A stretch of DNA of 64,000 nucleotides from positions 49,724,001 through 49,788,000 of the forward strand of contig OZ024741.1 in assembly GCA_964016885.1 (NCBI GenBank). Reading direction: 5' to 3'. Under the pieces are notes generated by a model. That model was not told the origin of the DNA. It searched no databases and was given only the letters and a program-made list of their open reading frames with translations. This DNA is from Eledone cirrhosa (lineage: Eukaryota). The stretch's first letter is position 1. Every line of letters starts with the position of its first letter. The position numbers and the translations under genes were made by a program. Positions 39,040-51,443 of this stretch are shown piece by piece.

Positions 39040-39565
39040 TTGCAAGGTTCAACTTCTTAGTTGGTCTTCACTACCTCATCCCATGTCTTCCAGGATCTTT
39101 TTCATGAGTCCCAACCACTGAAATCTCTATACATTTATTTATATAGCTGTCATCTCCCATATGCATCACATGACCATACCAGCTCAGTCCTCCCTATTAC
39201 GCATTACATCCAATCCCTCTTAGGCAAAGTTTTTCCTTCTGTTTACTTTTGCTACATCATTTCAGGCACACCAACATTACATTACAGCATACTTGCTTCA
39301 TATCTTTCTAGCTTTCTCAGGTTACCTGCAGACAAGGTTTATGTCTCATTGTCATGTAATATTGCAGTTCACATGCAAGCATTATGCAGTCTACCCCTCA
39401 CTCTGAAAGAGAAGCCCTTTATTGTCAGCAGAGGTACCAATTCCCTAAATTTCTTCTAGCCTGTTTTTCCCTTGGTTATCATACTTTCAGAGTATCCTCC
39501 CCTACAGCTGATTAGGTCATCTAGGTAACAAAAGCTGTCAATAACATCTAGGTTGTCACCCTGGC
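39040..39565 (-). mobile_element. Decayed RTE LINE fragment
   Basis: Similar to 50340-50790 (CATATGCATCACATGACCATACC; CTAGGTAACAAAAGCTGTC). Confidence 0.7.
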
Positions 39566-40377
39566 AACATACATGCACACACATATACATATACACAGGT
39601 CAGTCATGGCTGTGTTGTTAAGACATTTACTTTGTAATAACTTCTCTGACTGATAAACTGCCTTATGAGTAGATTTAGGAGATAGCAACTGTAAAAAGCC
39701 TGCTGTCATCATCATCATCATCATCATATATCTACTTTCCATGTTAGCATCGGTTGGCTAGGTCATTACAATCTGAAACTAGTTGGGGAACCATGTCTTC
39801 ACTCTTCATCATCATTATATGCCTGCTTTCTATGCTGGCATGGGTTGTGATGGTTCGTGACCAGATGTTTCATGTTTGATTCAGTTTCTATAGCTGGATG
39901 CCCTTCCTAATGCCAACCACTTTACAGAGTGTACTGGGTGAATTTTAAACAAGGCCACATCTAAAACCTGATACTTGCTCTTTCATGGTAGAATGATCCC
40001 TGCTATCAGCAAGCAACATATAGCTTGCCCTACCCTCTCATCTTACATTCACATTCTTGTCATTACAGTCTGATCAAGGACACTATGAGCACCCTAGTGT
40101 TGAAATGAGGTAGTGTTGGTGCCATGATAAATTGCACCTAGTCTACCCTGTAAAGTGGTAATCCTGATGCTATGATAAAATGCACTCAGTCCACCCTGTA
40201 AAGTGGTAGTGCTGATGCCACAATAAAATGTACCCAGTCCACCCTGTAAAGTGGCAGTGCTGGAGTCATGATATACTCCCATTACTCACTGTAAACTGAC
40301 TGAGAGTATCCTGGTCAGCCTATGAATTTTCAGCTTACCCATGCATATGCATATATATATATAATGTATATACATAT

Positions 40378-41160
40378 CATCATCATCATCATCATTTTAC
40401 AGCAGCTTTTCCCTGCTTGCAAGGGTGGGACGGGTCTTATTCAGCACAGTATCTCTCCACTTGTCACGGTCCTTCGTCATCTCCACCGTGAGCTTCAGCG
40501 ATCTGAGGTCTGTTCTCACCACCTCCGCCCATGTTTTTCGTGGTCTACCTCTACCACGTCTTCCTTCAACTGACATTTCCTGGCACTTCTTCACCCATCG
40601 GTCATCCTCCATGCGCATCACATGTCCATACCACCTCAGTCTCCTCTCTCGCACACTACATTCTATCCCTCTCAGACACAGTTTCTCTCTCAACACATTT
40701 ATGCTGAGTCGTTCACGCACATTTATACTGCACATCCAATGGAGCATGTTTGCCTCATTTCTCTCCAGCCGTCGCATATCCTCTGCAGTTGCTGCCCATG
40801 TCTCACTACCATGCAGCATCGCGCTCCTCACACAGGCATCATATAACCGGCCTTTCGTATGCAGGGAGAAACCCTTCTCGTCAGCAGAGGAAGCAGCTCC
40901 CTAAACTTCTTCCAACCCGTCCTTATTCTAGATACTAAGGCCTCGGAACCCCCCCCCCCCTCCCATGCTAACCTGATCTCCTACGTACCCTATCCACCAC
41001 TTTTATAGCACCCGCCTCCATTTGAAAAATGTGTCTATCAATGCGACTTCTACTGTCTAATTTCCCTGTACATCTACTGCATACGTATTTCTCCCTACCT
41101 CTTAGTTTGCCTGCTATCCCACTACATCTCTTGTGTACCCAGGATCTGCATTGTGTGCAT
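40378..41160 (-). mobile_element. RTE LINE 3' fragment with a short tail
   Basis: SAMLHGSETWA...RERRLRWYGHVMRM...GRGRPRKTW...KTRPTLASREKLL*, directly followed by (ATG)n tail. Confidence 0.92.
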
Positions 41161-41342
41161 TTATATATATATATATAATTATTTAATATAAAAATGTCTT
41201 CTACAGGACTAGAGATGTTTCATTTATATGAATTCAGCGGGACTGTAGTTTCCCCTCATTTATCTACTCGGGATCCATATATATCATCATCATCATCGTT
41301 TAATGTCCATCTTCCACACTAGCATATATATATATATATATA

Positions 41343-41700
41343 TATCGCGTCACGCAGTAATACAGAAGACCCCCCCCCCATGGGTACAAGCCGAACCTGA
41401 AGCATATAGACAATATGCCCCCACCCCCTCCCACTGCAAAGTGGTTGTGGAGGTGCCACGGCAAAAAGCACCCAGCCCTCACTGTAAAGTGGACATGTAG
41501 GCGCCACGGAAAAAAAGCACCCAGCACTCACTGTAAATGAGGTTGGTGTTAGGAAGGGCATCCAGCTGTAGAAATCAAGCCAGAATCAGTTCCCGTATGA
41601 GCAAGACAAGGTCAGCCGAGCGGACACTGCCCACAACAGGACAACCCGTGTAACCCATGCTAGCGTAGAAGAATGGTCATAAAACGGTGATAATGATGAT
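41343..41700 (+). mobile_element. RTE LINE extreme 3' end plus family C module
   Basis: Begins with ORF-end remnant RHAVIQKT, then two 48-bp-type units, GGTTGGTGTTAGGAAGGGCATCCAGCTGTAG and the (GAT)n tail. Confidence 0.85.
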
Positions 41701-41919
41701 ATAAAGCCACTATGATTTATTTATATACTTTTGTTGTTATACCCTGCATATCTATATAAATATGTATTTACGTTTCTGTTGCTTTAGTCTATTTTATTAT
41801 AGCTTCAGTCGAATAACAGTGAGCATGATGAATACAATCCTGGCCACTTTTACTGGTTTTACAATTGCTCCTGATCTTGTTAACATTAATAATATCTTAG
41901 TATCATTATTTCATCATGC

Positions 41920-42068
41920 TTTGACGTATAGAGTTACGTCCCTTTACGATCTGAGTTCAAATCCCGCCGAGGTTAACTTTGCCTTTCATCCTTACGGGGT
42001 CGATAAAATAAAGTACCAGTAATACACTGGATAATTGCTGGTCTTGTGCCTAACGTAGAAACAATTAT
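41920..42068 (+). mobile_element. SINE family B, 5'-truncated
   Basis: Near-identical to 53560-53697. Confidence 0.88.
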
Positions 42069-43220
42069 TTCATCATTATAACCATAATCGATATTGCTAT
42101 TGCTACTTCATGATCTTTTCTACACATCCACTTAAGAAATTTATGGATACCTCCCATAGTTTTCATTGATGTTAACATTTATTATTGAAATATTCATTAG
42201 CTAATTATACATTTGTGTAAGTGTATAATTTGTATAAACAACCTGAGTCTTCTGAAAATTCAACAGAATTCAGTTACATTACTCTATGATTTATACTACT
42301 AACACACCATAACTATATCATGTCTGAGAAGCCAAATAAGGGAGTCTCTGTGTTAAATATAGTAACCAAATATCTTCCAAATTGTACCTTACTTGTTTAT
42401 TTGCATTTTTTATCTATCTATTTATTACATTTATTTATTTGAATATTTATTTATATGTTTTATCTATTTATACACTTATTGATGAAGCTCATTAATTTTG
42501 CCTGCATCAGCAATTTATTGGGCAACAATGGGAATATGTTCTATTTACAGTTACTTAAACTGAAGTGCATGTGATGTATTAATGTGGTGTGGTAAATAAA
42601 TATATATATACACACCAGGTCTGAACACAATGGAACCAAACTCTCATTGCCTCTGTCTCTCCCACTCTCCCATCTCTCACTATTATGAGCAAATGGGGTC
42701 CCACGTGCTGGCCACCTCACAGCCCCGGCAGACAGAATAGAGAAGGTGTTTCCTCAGAGGATGGTGAGGGATATGTGAAGTGTATATTTAATCCAAGATA
42801 TGTTGTTAGAATAGAAGGCAACATAGTATGTCCTTCACTCTTTATTTTAGTACTCTAATTCCTTACTCATTTACATTGCTTTATTAAGCCCTTTCATGCC
42901 AACCTACCACAAACTACCTCTGGTTCTGTGAAGCAAAACCATTTTAAAGAGTTCCTATTTATTTCTTTATGTTTTTATAAAACCTATCTTAATAATGGAA
43001 TCATTTATGATTTTAGTAAACCTGTTCAAATTCTTCACAAAATAATTAAAATGCACTAACTTTTATTAGAAATATAATAAAAGGGTTAAACCAATACTTT
43101 ATTGATACTTTATTTTAACAGCCCCTTGAAGATGAAAGAAAAAAATTAAGGTCAGCGGAGTTTAAATTCCGAGTCTAAAGGGCTGTAACTAAATATTATA
43201 GGCATTTTTCTGATACTCTA

Positions 43221-43490
43221 ATCATCATCATCATCATCATCATCACCGTTTTACGTCCGTTCTTCCACGCTAGCATGGGTTAGATGGGTTGTCCTGTTGT
43301 GGGCAGTGTCTGGTCAGCTGACCATGCCTTGCTCATACAGGAACTGATTTGGCTTGATTTCTACAGTTGGATGCCCTTCCTAACACCAACCTCATTTACA
43401 GTGAGTGCTGGGTGCTTTTTCGTGGCACCTACACGTCCACTTTACAGTGTGGGCTGGGTGCTTTTTTGCCATGGCACCTCCACGACCACC
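43221..43490 (-). mobile_element. Family C module
   Basis: Inverted copy of 41440-41700. Confidence 0.88.
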
Positions 43491-43988
43491 TAATGATTCT
43501 GCCTATCCATATCTATAATGCCTTTGATCATTAGTCTGTTTGATGAGAGGTGATTTGGAACTAAACAACATACCAAGCTTGGGAACAATTATCAACAAGA
43601 TTCTTGCCAATAAAACATGTATGTTGTTAACACCGACATTTTTTTTGTCTGTGAATTGTGTTCAAGACCTGCCCTCATTTTCTGTTTTGAAATGCTTCAC
43701 TTACTTCACATATTAGAAAATACTTAACCCTTTATCATTTACATTACTCTATATATACTATTGTAATTTCATGGTAAAGGCTTTACCTCACATAATTATC
43801 TCACATAATATCGAATCTATGAGATTTTGATATTATTTATTTTGAGAACAATACCTTAACATCAGTATGAGTGGCAGGTTACATCTGATTTGAACAGAAA
43901 GATGTGAGAGAGTTCTGGACAAATACAGCCGATTTAAATGTCATAACTTTTTAGTTACTCTCTTTGAGTTGATATTCCATTTTATTAA

Positions 43989-44023
<35 letters not shown>

Positions 44024-44154
44024 AGCTTATTATAGCTTATTACTTTGACCATCATCACAACATCAGCAACATCATACTTTCATTTCCATATAAACTTTCA
44101 CATTCTTATTATCAAAAGTCTCCCCCACCACCATCACAGCACTATGGAGAAAGA

Positions 44155-45201
44155 CAGTAGGCACCTCTAACAAAAATACACCCCGTCCCACTACCCCCAC
44201 CCCATCCACACCACCCCTTCCTATGTAAAGTTATGTTGGTACCACAACATCCAGTCCGAAACAAATGAGGTCGTGTAGGTGTCACGACAAAAAAACACAC
44301 AGTCCACGCTGTAATGTGGCCGTGTAGGTAACACGGTAAAAACCTCCCAGTCCACACTGTAAACGTGGTTGGTGTTAGGAAGGGCATCCAGCCGTAGATA
44401 ACCCGCCAGACAGTCCTATACGAGCAAGACAACCAATCTTGCCTCAAGTGGGAAAATTCCTGTCCAAACCCATGCTAGCGTGGAAGATGGATGTTAAACG
44501 ATGATGATGATGATGATGACAGCTGAGTTGGGAATAGATAAATATTACAAATTCAAGATATTAGGGAGTTTGTATGCACAGTCAGTCTTTAGTGAACAGT
44601 GTGGTAGTCCATAAACAGTTTGTCAAGTATGATCTGACTGATGATGATGATGACACAAATTATGACATGATGATAGGTTTTTAGAATGATAGAGGTATGT
44701 TTGTTTGAATACTAATTTTCAGTTATATATGGTGTCACAATAAAAAGTGCCCAGCCCACACTGTAAAGTGGTCATGTAGGTGTGTCACAAGAAGCACCCT
44801 GCATATATTGTAAAGTGGTTGTGTAGGTGTCACGATAAAAAGCACCCTGCACACACTGTAGAGTGGTTGTGTAGGTGTTATGACAAAAAGCACCCAATGC
44901 ACACTGTAAAGTGTTGTCATGTAGGTGTCATGACAAAAAGCCCCTGATCCACCTGTGAAGTGGACATGTAGGAGTCACGACAAAAGCTCCCCACCCACAC
45001 TGTAAAGTGGTCATATAGGAGTCACAACAAAAAGCTCCTAGTACACACTGTAGATGTGGTTGGCATTAGGAAAGGCATCCAGCTGTAGAAACCAAGCTAA
45101 AATCAGTTCCATGTGAACAAAGCACAGTCCTCCGACCTCACAACAGGACAGCTTGTCTAACCCATGCTAGCATGGAAAATGGACATTAAATGATGACGAT
45201 G
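44155..45201 (+). mobile_element. Two family C modules (44155-44520; 44731-45201 with ~7 48-bp units)
   Basis: Both end CCCATGCTAGC..GGAA.ATGGA..TTAAA.GATGA; 44155-44520 is colinear with the reverse complement of 49247-50185 minus the tandem expansion. Confidence 0.85.
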
Positions 45202-45322
45202 TTATGTCTACAATTAACAGACTTTGTGAAACCTTTTGTATTAAAGATGTTTTTCCTCTTTAACTATAATTATAGTTTGTCTTCTTAACCAACATTATTT
45301 TTACTTCGGTTTTTCTTGGCAG

Positions 45323-45467
45323 GAATTCTACATGGGAGGCTGTCTTTAGAGGTAGCCGATATAATCTATTTTACTGGAATATCACATATTCAAGTGATGA
45401 CGATGATCCAATTCTCTATTTAAGTGATGACGATGAACCAATTCTCTTTACAACCAGCGACCCAAAA
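45323..45467 (+). CDS. Polycystin-1-like gene exon (145 nt, phase 2-0)
   Basis: Acceptor TTTTTCTTGGCAG, donor AAA|GTAAGT; encodes (K)NSTWEAVFRGSRYNLFYWNITYSSDDDDPILYLSDDDEPILFTTSDPK; phases match both neighbours. Not in the ORF track. Confidence 0.82.
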
Positions 45468-45569
45468 GTAAGTTCACTATTTTAAGTTTTCATATCAATT
45501 TTCTCTGATTTTCTAAAGTTCAGAATTATAATTATAAACTGATTTATTCAGTCTCATATCTTTAGCTTA

Positions 45570-45847
45570 TGAAGGCATTTGGCCTAGAGGTAAGGCTGTT
45601 GGACTTACAATCATAATGCCATGGGTTTGATGCCTGGACTGAGTTGTGTGTTGTGTTCTTGAGCAAAACATTTCATTTTACATTGCTCCAGTATCAGCTG
45701 AAAACAAGTACCAGCAATAGCTGGGAGTTTAACCTTGTGATGGACTGGTGTCCTGTCCAGAGAGGTGTCTTGTACTCTGTCACTTCATGCCACAGAAACT
45801 GGGATAAACACTGACCTGATGAGCCTCAGGGCTCAGACAGACTTAGA
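45570..45847 (+). mobile_element. SINE family A
   Basis: Colinear with 20971-21243. Confidence 0.85.
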
Positions 45848-47532
45848 TATCCTTATCTTGGTTGTTATAACCACTTTTCCAAAGCCTTCTTCTGGTATTT
45901 GTTGTTTTTACTAATGTTCTCAGAATTTCAAGCTGAACACTTTATTCAAAGTATAGGAATAGATTATTCTCATTCCATTGTCAATGTCTAGGATATCCTT
46001 CCATTAGATAATTACTTACTGGTGAAGACATTTGTTTGTTCTGCTTAAAGTAGTTTATATAGACACACTAACTCAAGAGTTGATTTCATGAACAGTAGGT
46101 AGACTAGCACACTTAACCAATGATTATGCTATGTCATTGCCTCTGGCATAACTATATGATGGAAATTAGAAGTTTTTAGACCTAATTTTTTGATGGTCTT
46201 AGGTTTTATGTTCTTTCTTTCTGAATTAAAGACTTCCATTGAAGTCATGTGGTTTTGTGGTTAGGGGTATTCAGCTCACGATCATAAGGTTGTGAGTCTG
46301 GTCCTTGATGGTGTGTTGTGTCCTTGATCAAGACACTTTATTTCAAATTGCTCCAGTTCAATCAGCTAGCAAAAATGAGTTGTACCTGTAAATCGAAGGT
46401 CCAATCTTGTCATATTCTGTGTCACACTGAATCTCCCTGAGAATTACATTAAGGGTATGCATGTTTGTGGAATGCTCAGCCACTTGCACATTAATTTCAT
46501 GAGCAGGCTGTTCCATTGATTGTATCAACAGGAACACTTCTCATCATAACCAATGGAGTGCCATCAAAGACTCTCATGATATCCATATCTCTGCTAGATC
46601 TTCTGAGAAGGTTATTGAGGCTTTAGCATATGTTCTGATTGTTTCAATCATTATATCTTCAGTCATTGGAAGAAGGTCTGAAGTGCAATGGCTATAGTGA
46701 TTAAAGAAACAAATATGAGGACACTAGTCTGAATAAATCAGTTCATAATATACCAATTTTATTTCACAAAATTTGGATTGTCCTACTTTTCATTTCGATA
46801 GGTTGAACAGTTGTGTAAAGCAACTGTTGAAGGAATGTTGAATTACTTTAGTTTTATTATTCTATTCCTCTGCCTTAGTGTGTTGTTTGTTGTATCATGA
46901 ATAAAGGCATGATATATTCTTTAAGTTGACTGATTCCTCGTATACCCAGTTCATCCATGTTTTGTCATTTATGCATATTAATGTTACACATCTAATGGAG
47001 AATGCTTGCTACATTTTTCTCCAATCACCACATATCCTCTGCATTCACTTCCCATGTCACACTATTATACACCACAATCTCACACCGGCATCATAAAATC
47101 TACCTTAGCTCAAAGAAAAAAATCTCCTTTTCATAAAAAACACAAAAATGCTTTTACAGTTTTTCCGCGGGGTGCAGCCAAAACAACGCCTCGCCTCAGG
47201 TATAGAGCCTATCACCCTCTCTCATTCCCTCCTTTCTTCCATGGCCTTATAGTTCTTGTGTTTTCCCTACTTTTCCTCTCATGGCATTTATAGCCATATC
47301 TCCTTCTTTACCCTTCCCTCTTCTGTTCATTACTTGCTGTTGTTTTTATCTCTTTTTTCTTTGTTTTTCTTTTTCTTTCATATACAAAGTGAGAGTATAA
47401 TTTAAAACATTTGGAAAATTTGAATGTTTCTATCAGTTGTTCAGTTTTTCATTTATTAATATTAACTCAATGTGTGATTCCTACATTTGTTTACTTTGCA
47501 ATATATATGTGTGGATGTGCGTGCATGCGTAT

Positions 47533-47922
47533 ATCATCCTCATCATCATCATTTTATGTCCGCTTTTCCCTGCTTGCAAAGGTGGGATGGGAACTGATTC
47601 TGGCTTGATTTCTACAGCTGGATGCCCTTCCTAACACCAACCTCATTTACAGTGAGTGCTGGGTGCTTTTTTTCTGTGGCACCTACACGTCCACTCTACA
47701 GTGTGGGCTGGGTGTTTTTTCTTTTTGCCGTAGCACCTCCACGACCACTTTGCAGTGGAATGATATGGACCCCAGTCCCTATCATCTCATTTCTACAGCT
47801 GAGTAAATTGGAGCAATGTGAAATAAAGTGTCTTGCTCAAGGAAGCAACATATCACCCGGTCTGAGAATTGAACTCACAACCTTTCGATTGCAAGCCCAA
47901 TGCTCTAACCACTAAGCCATGC

Positions 47923-47990
<68 letters not shown>

Positions 47991-48262
47991 ATGTGTGTGC
48001 ATGTATACATATATATGTGTCACGACAAAAAACACACAGTCGACGCTGTAATGTGGCCGTGTACGTAACATGGTAAAAAGTTCCCAGTTCCACACTGTAA
48101 ATATGGTTGGTGTTAGGAAGAGCATCCAGCCGTAGAAAACCTGCCAGACAGTCCTATATGAGCGAGACACGGTCACCCGACCAACCTTGCCTCAAGTGGG
48201 ACAACTCCCGTCTAACCCATGCTAGCGTGGAAGATGGACGTTAAACGAAGATGATGATGATA
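47533..48262. mobile_element. Cluster: family C (minus) joined to SINE A head (minus, 47785-47922), (TA)n, family C (plus, 48016-48262)
   Basis: Diagnostic motifs of each family are visible. Confidence 0.8.
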
Positions 48263-48319
48263 TCATCATTTAATATCCATTTATATGTGTATCTGTGTGT
48301 GTGTATATATATATATATA

Positions 48320-49118
48320 TCATCATCATCACTGTTTTACAACCATTTTTCCATGCTAGCATGAGTTGGATGAGTTGTTCTGTTGTGACCAAGGCCTAGG
48401 TCACGTGACCATGTCTTGCACATACAGAACTGCTGCACATACAGAACTGATTTTAGCTTGGTTTCTACAGCTGGATGCCCTTCCTAACACCAACCTCATT
48501 GACAGTGAGTACTGGGTGGTTTTTGTAGTGATGCCTACACAGCCACTTCACAGTGTGGACTGGGTGCTTTTTGTCGTGACACCTACATGACCATTTTACA
48601 GTATGGGCTGGGCGTTTTTTGCCATACATGACCACTTTACAGTGTGGTCTGGGTGCTTTTTGTTGGGACACCTACACAATCACTTTACAGTGTGGGCTGG
48701 GGGCTTCACTGGATATATACTTCAGGCCTGTCTTCATGGGAGATATATGGGAGGGTGAAGTGGAGTGGTGCATATTGTATATATGCTTCAGCTCTGGCCT
48801 GTGACCATGGGAAGTTAGGTCTTCTGTATTACTGTGTAACTCTAGAGATCTCAGTCCTGTGTCATTGCTTTTGAGAGGTGCAATTGGGCAAGATCAGCTT
48901 TTATCACCCCCATCCCAAAGCTTTCATCGGCTTTGAGTGCTCTGCACCTTTTTATGCAGCTGTCATCCTTTATATGCATCACATGTCCATACCAACGCAC
49001 TCTCCTCTCCTGCATCTGAATCCTTTTATGCCTAGTTTCTCTCTGTTTGTTTATGCTTTGCTGTTCTTGTATATTACTATTACACATTCATCGGAGCATG
49101 CAAGCTTCATTTCTTTCC
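48320..49118 (-). mobile_element. RTE LINE 3' fragment continuous with a family C 3' module
   Basis: ERRVRWYGHVMHIKDDSCIKRCRA...LHLSKAMTQD, then VIQKT remnant, 48-bp units and the (GAT)n tail. Confidence 0.85.
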
Positions 49119-49120
49119 AA

Positions 49121-49169
<49 letters not shown>

Positions 49170-49186
49170 TTCTCTCTCTCTCTCTT

Positions 49187-49246
<60 letters not shown>

Positions 49247-49249
<3 letters not shown>

Positions 49250-51320
49250 TCATCATCATCATCATCATCAGGTTTAGCGTCCGTGTTCCACGCTTGCATG
49301 GGTTTGGACGGGGGTTTTCCCACTTGAGGCAAGAGTGGTTGTCTTGCTCGCATAGGACTGTCTGGCAGGTTTTCTACAGCTGGATGCCCTTCCTAACACC
49401 AACCACATTTACAGTGTGGGGCTGGGAGGTTTTTACCGTGTTGCCTACACGGCCACATTACAGCGTGGACTGTCTGGCAGGTTTTCTACAGTTGGATGCC
49501 CTTCCTAACACCAGCCACATTTACAGTGTGGGGCTGGGAGGTTTTTACCGTGTTGCCTACACGGCCACATTACAGCGTGGACTGTCTGGCGGGTTTTCTA
49601 CAGCTGGATGCCCTTCCTAACACCAACCACATTTACAGTGTGGGGCTGGGAGGTTTTTACCGTGTTGCCTACACGGCCACATTACAGCGTGGACTGTCTG
49701 GCAGGTTTTCTACAGTTGGATGCCCTTCCTAACACCAGCCACATTTACAGTGTGGGGCTGGGAGGTTTTTACCGTGTTGCCTACACGGCCACATTACAGC
49801 GTGGACTGTCTGGCAGGTTTTCTACAGTTGGATGCCCTTCCTAACACCAGCCACATTTACAGTGTGGGGCTGGGAGGTTTTTACCGTGTTGCCTACACGG
49901 CCACATTACAGCGTGGACTGTCTGGCGGGTTTTCTACAGCTGGATGCCCTTCCTAACACCAACCACATTTACAGTGTGGGGCTGGGAGGTTTTTACCGTG
50001 TTGCCTACACGGCCACATTTACAGCGTGGACTGTGTGTTTTTTTGCCGTGACACCTACACGATCTCATTTGTTTCGGCCTGGATGTTGTGGGACCAACAT
50101 AGCTTTACATTGAAAGGGGCGGTGTGGATGGGGTGGAGGTGGTGGGACGGGGGGGGGGGGGGGGTTGATAGAGATGCCTACTGACTATAGTAGGTTTTTA
50201 CTTTGTATTTAGGTAAGGCGGGTCTTCTCTATTACTGAGTACCGCCAAAGGTCTCGGTCCAGTGACATTGTCTTGGAGAGGTGTAAGCGTGTGAGGTCGG
50301 AATTTATCAGCTCGTCCCATGTTTTTCTGGGTCTGCCTACTCCGTGGCTACCGTCTATCTTTATTGCCCTGCACTTTGTTATACAGCTGTCGTCTTTCAT
50401 GCGCATCACGTGACCGTACCAACGTAGCCTTCTCTCGAGTAAACAACATCTGATCCCTCTTATTTCTAATTTTTTCCTTAGTTCGTTTATGCTTTGCCGT
50501 TCACGTATATTACTATTGCACATCCAGCGGAGCATGCAAGCTTCGTTCCTCTCTAGTCTGCGTATATCCTCTGCACACAATGCCCAGGTCTCACTGCCAT
50601 GCAGCATTGCTGTTCGTATGCAGGCATCGTATAACCTGCCTTTCATTTTTAGGGAGAACCCTCTAGCGGCTAATAGTGGTATAAGCTCTCTGAACTTTTT
50701 CCATCCAGTTCTGACTCTAGCTACTGTACTTTCAGAGCACCCTCCCCCACTGCTGATTTTGTCACCCAGGTAACGGAAGCTGTCCACTATTTCTATAGAA
50801 CCCTCTGCGCAGTTGAAGGAGCTAGTATTTTGTGGGCACTTGCTGCTACTTATTGCACCAGAGCACCGGCCACATGTAAAATCTATGTTCTTAGTTAGCT
50901 TACCTGTGATCCCACTACATCTTTTATGCACCCATACTTTGCATTTGGGACATAAAATGGAGTTTCTACCTATGCCTTTCCTACACACTGAGCATGGCCA
51001 TTTCCCAGATGGGACTGCCGCCTTATTTTCTTTCCTACAAACTAGAACTTTAGTCTTAGCCAGGTTAATTTTAAGGCCTTTTGATTCTAGGCCGTGCTTC
51101 CATGTTTGGAATTTCTTCTCTAGTTCGGTCATTGATTCAGCTATGAGCGTTAGATCATCTGCGTATAGGAGTTCCCATGGGCAGCCGGTCTTGAACTCCT
51201 CTGTTATAGCCTGAAGGGCAATAATAAATAGTAGGGGGCTAAGAACAGAGCCCTGATGGACACCAACTTTTACGCTAAACTCTTCACTATATTCGTTGTT
51301 AATTCTAACCTTACTGACTG

Positions 51321-51325
<5 letters not shown>
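49247..51325 (-). mobile_element. Young 5'-truncated RTE-clade LINE (RT C-terminal half plus long 3' UTR)
   Basis: Stop-free frame 51325-50209: VGVHQGSVLSPLLF...LLYADDL...FRYLG...LHGSETW...RLRWYGHVMRM...GRPRKTW; 3' UTR is a family C module ending in (GAT)n. Confidence 0.95.
49355..50033. repeat. 112-bp tandem repeat, 6 near-identical copies, in the LINE 3' UTR
   Basis: Unit starts GGACTGTCTGGCAGGTTTTCTACAG; ORF-track starts recur every 112 nt. Confidence 0.95.
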
Positions 51326-51351
<26 letters not shown>

Positions 51352-51443
51352 TATGTGTGTGTGTGTATGTATATCATAATCATTTAATATCCATTTGTGT
51401 GTGTATCTATGTGTAAAATTAAATGAAACTCTGTATTTTTCAG

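Noticed and set aside
45812-45847. CTGATGAG hairpin in SINE A tails (also near 15511 and minus strand near 22060) as a hammerhead
   Set aside because: No GAAA box after the stem and no stem III or UH site.
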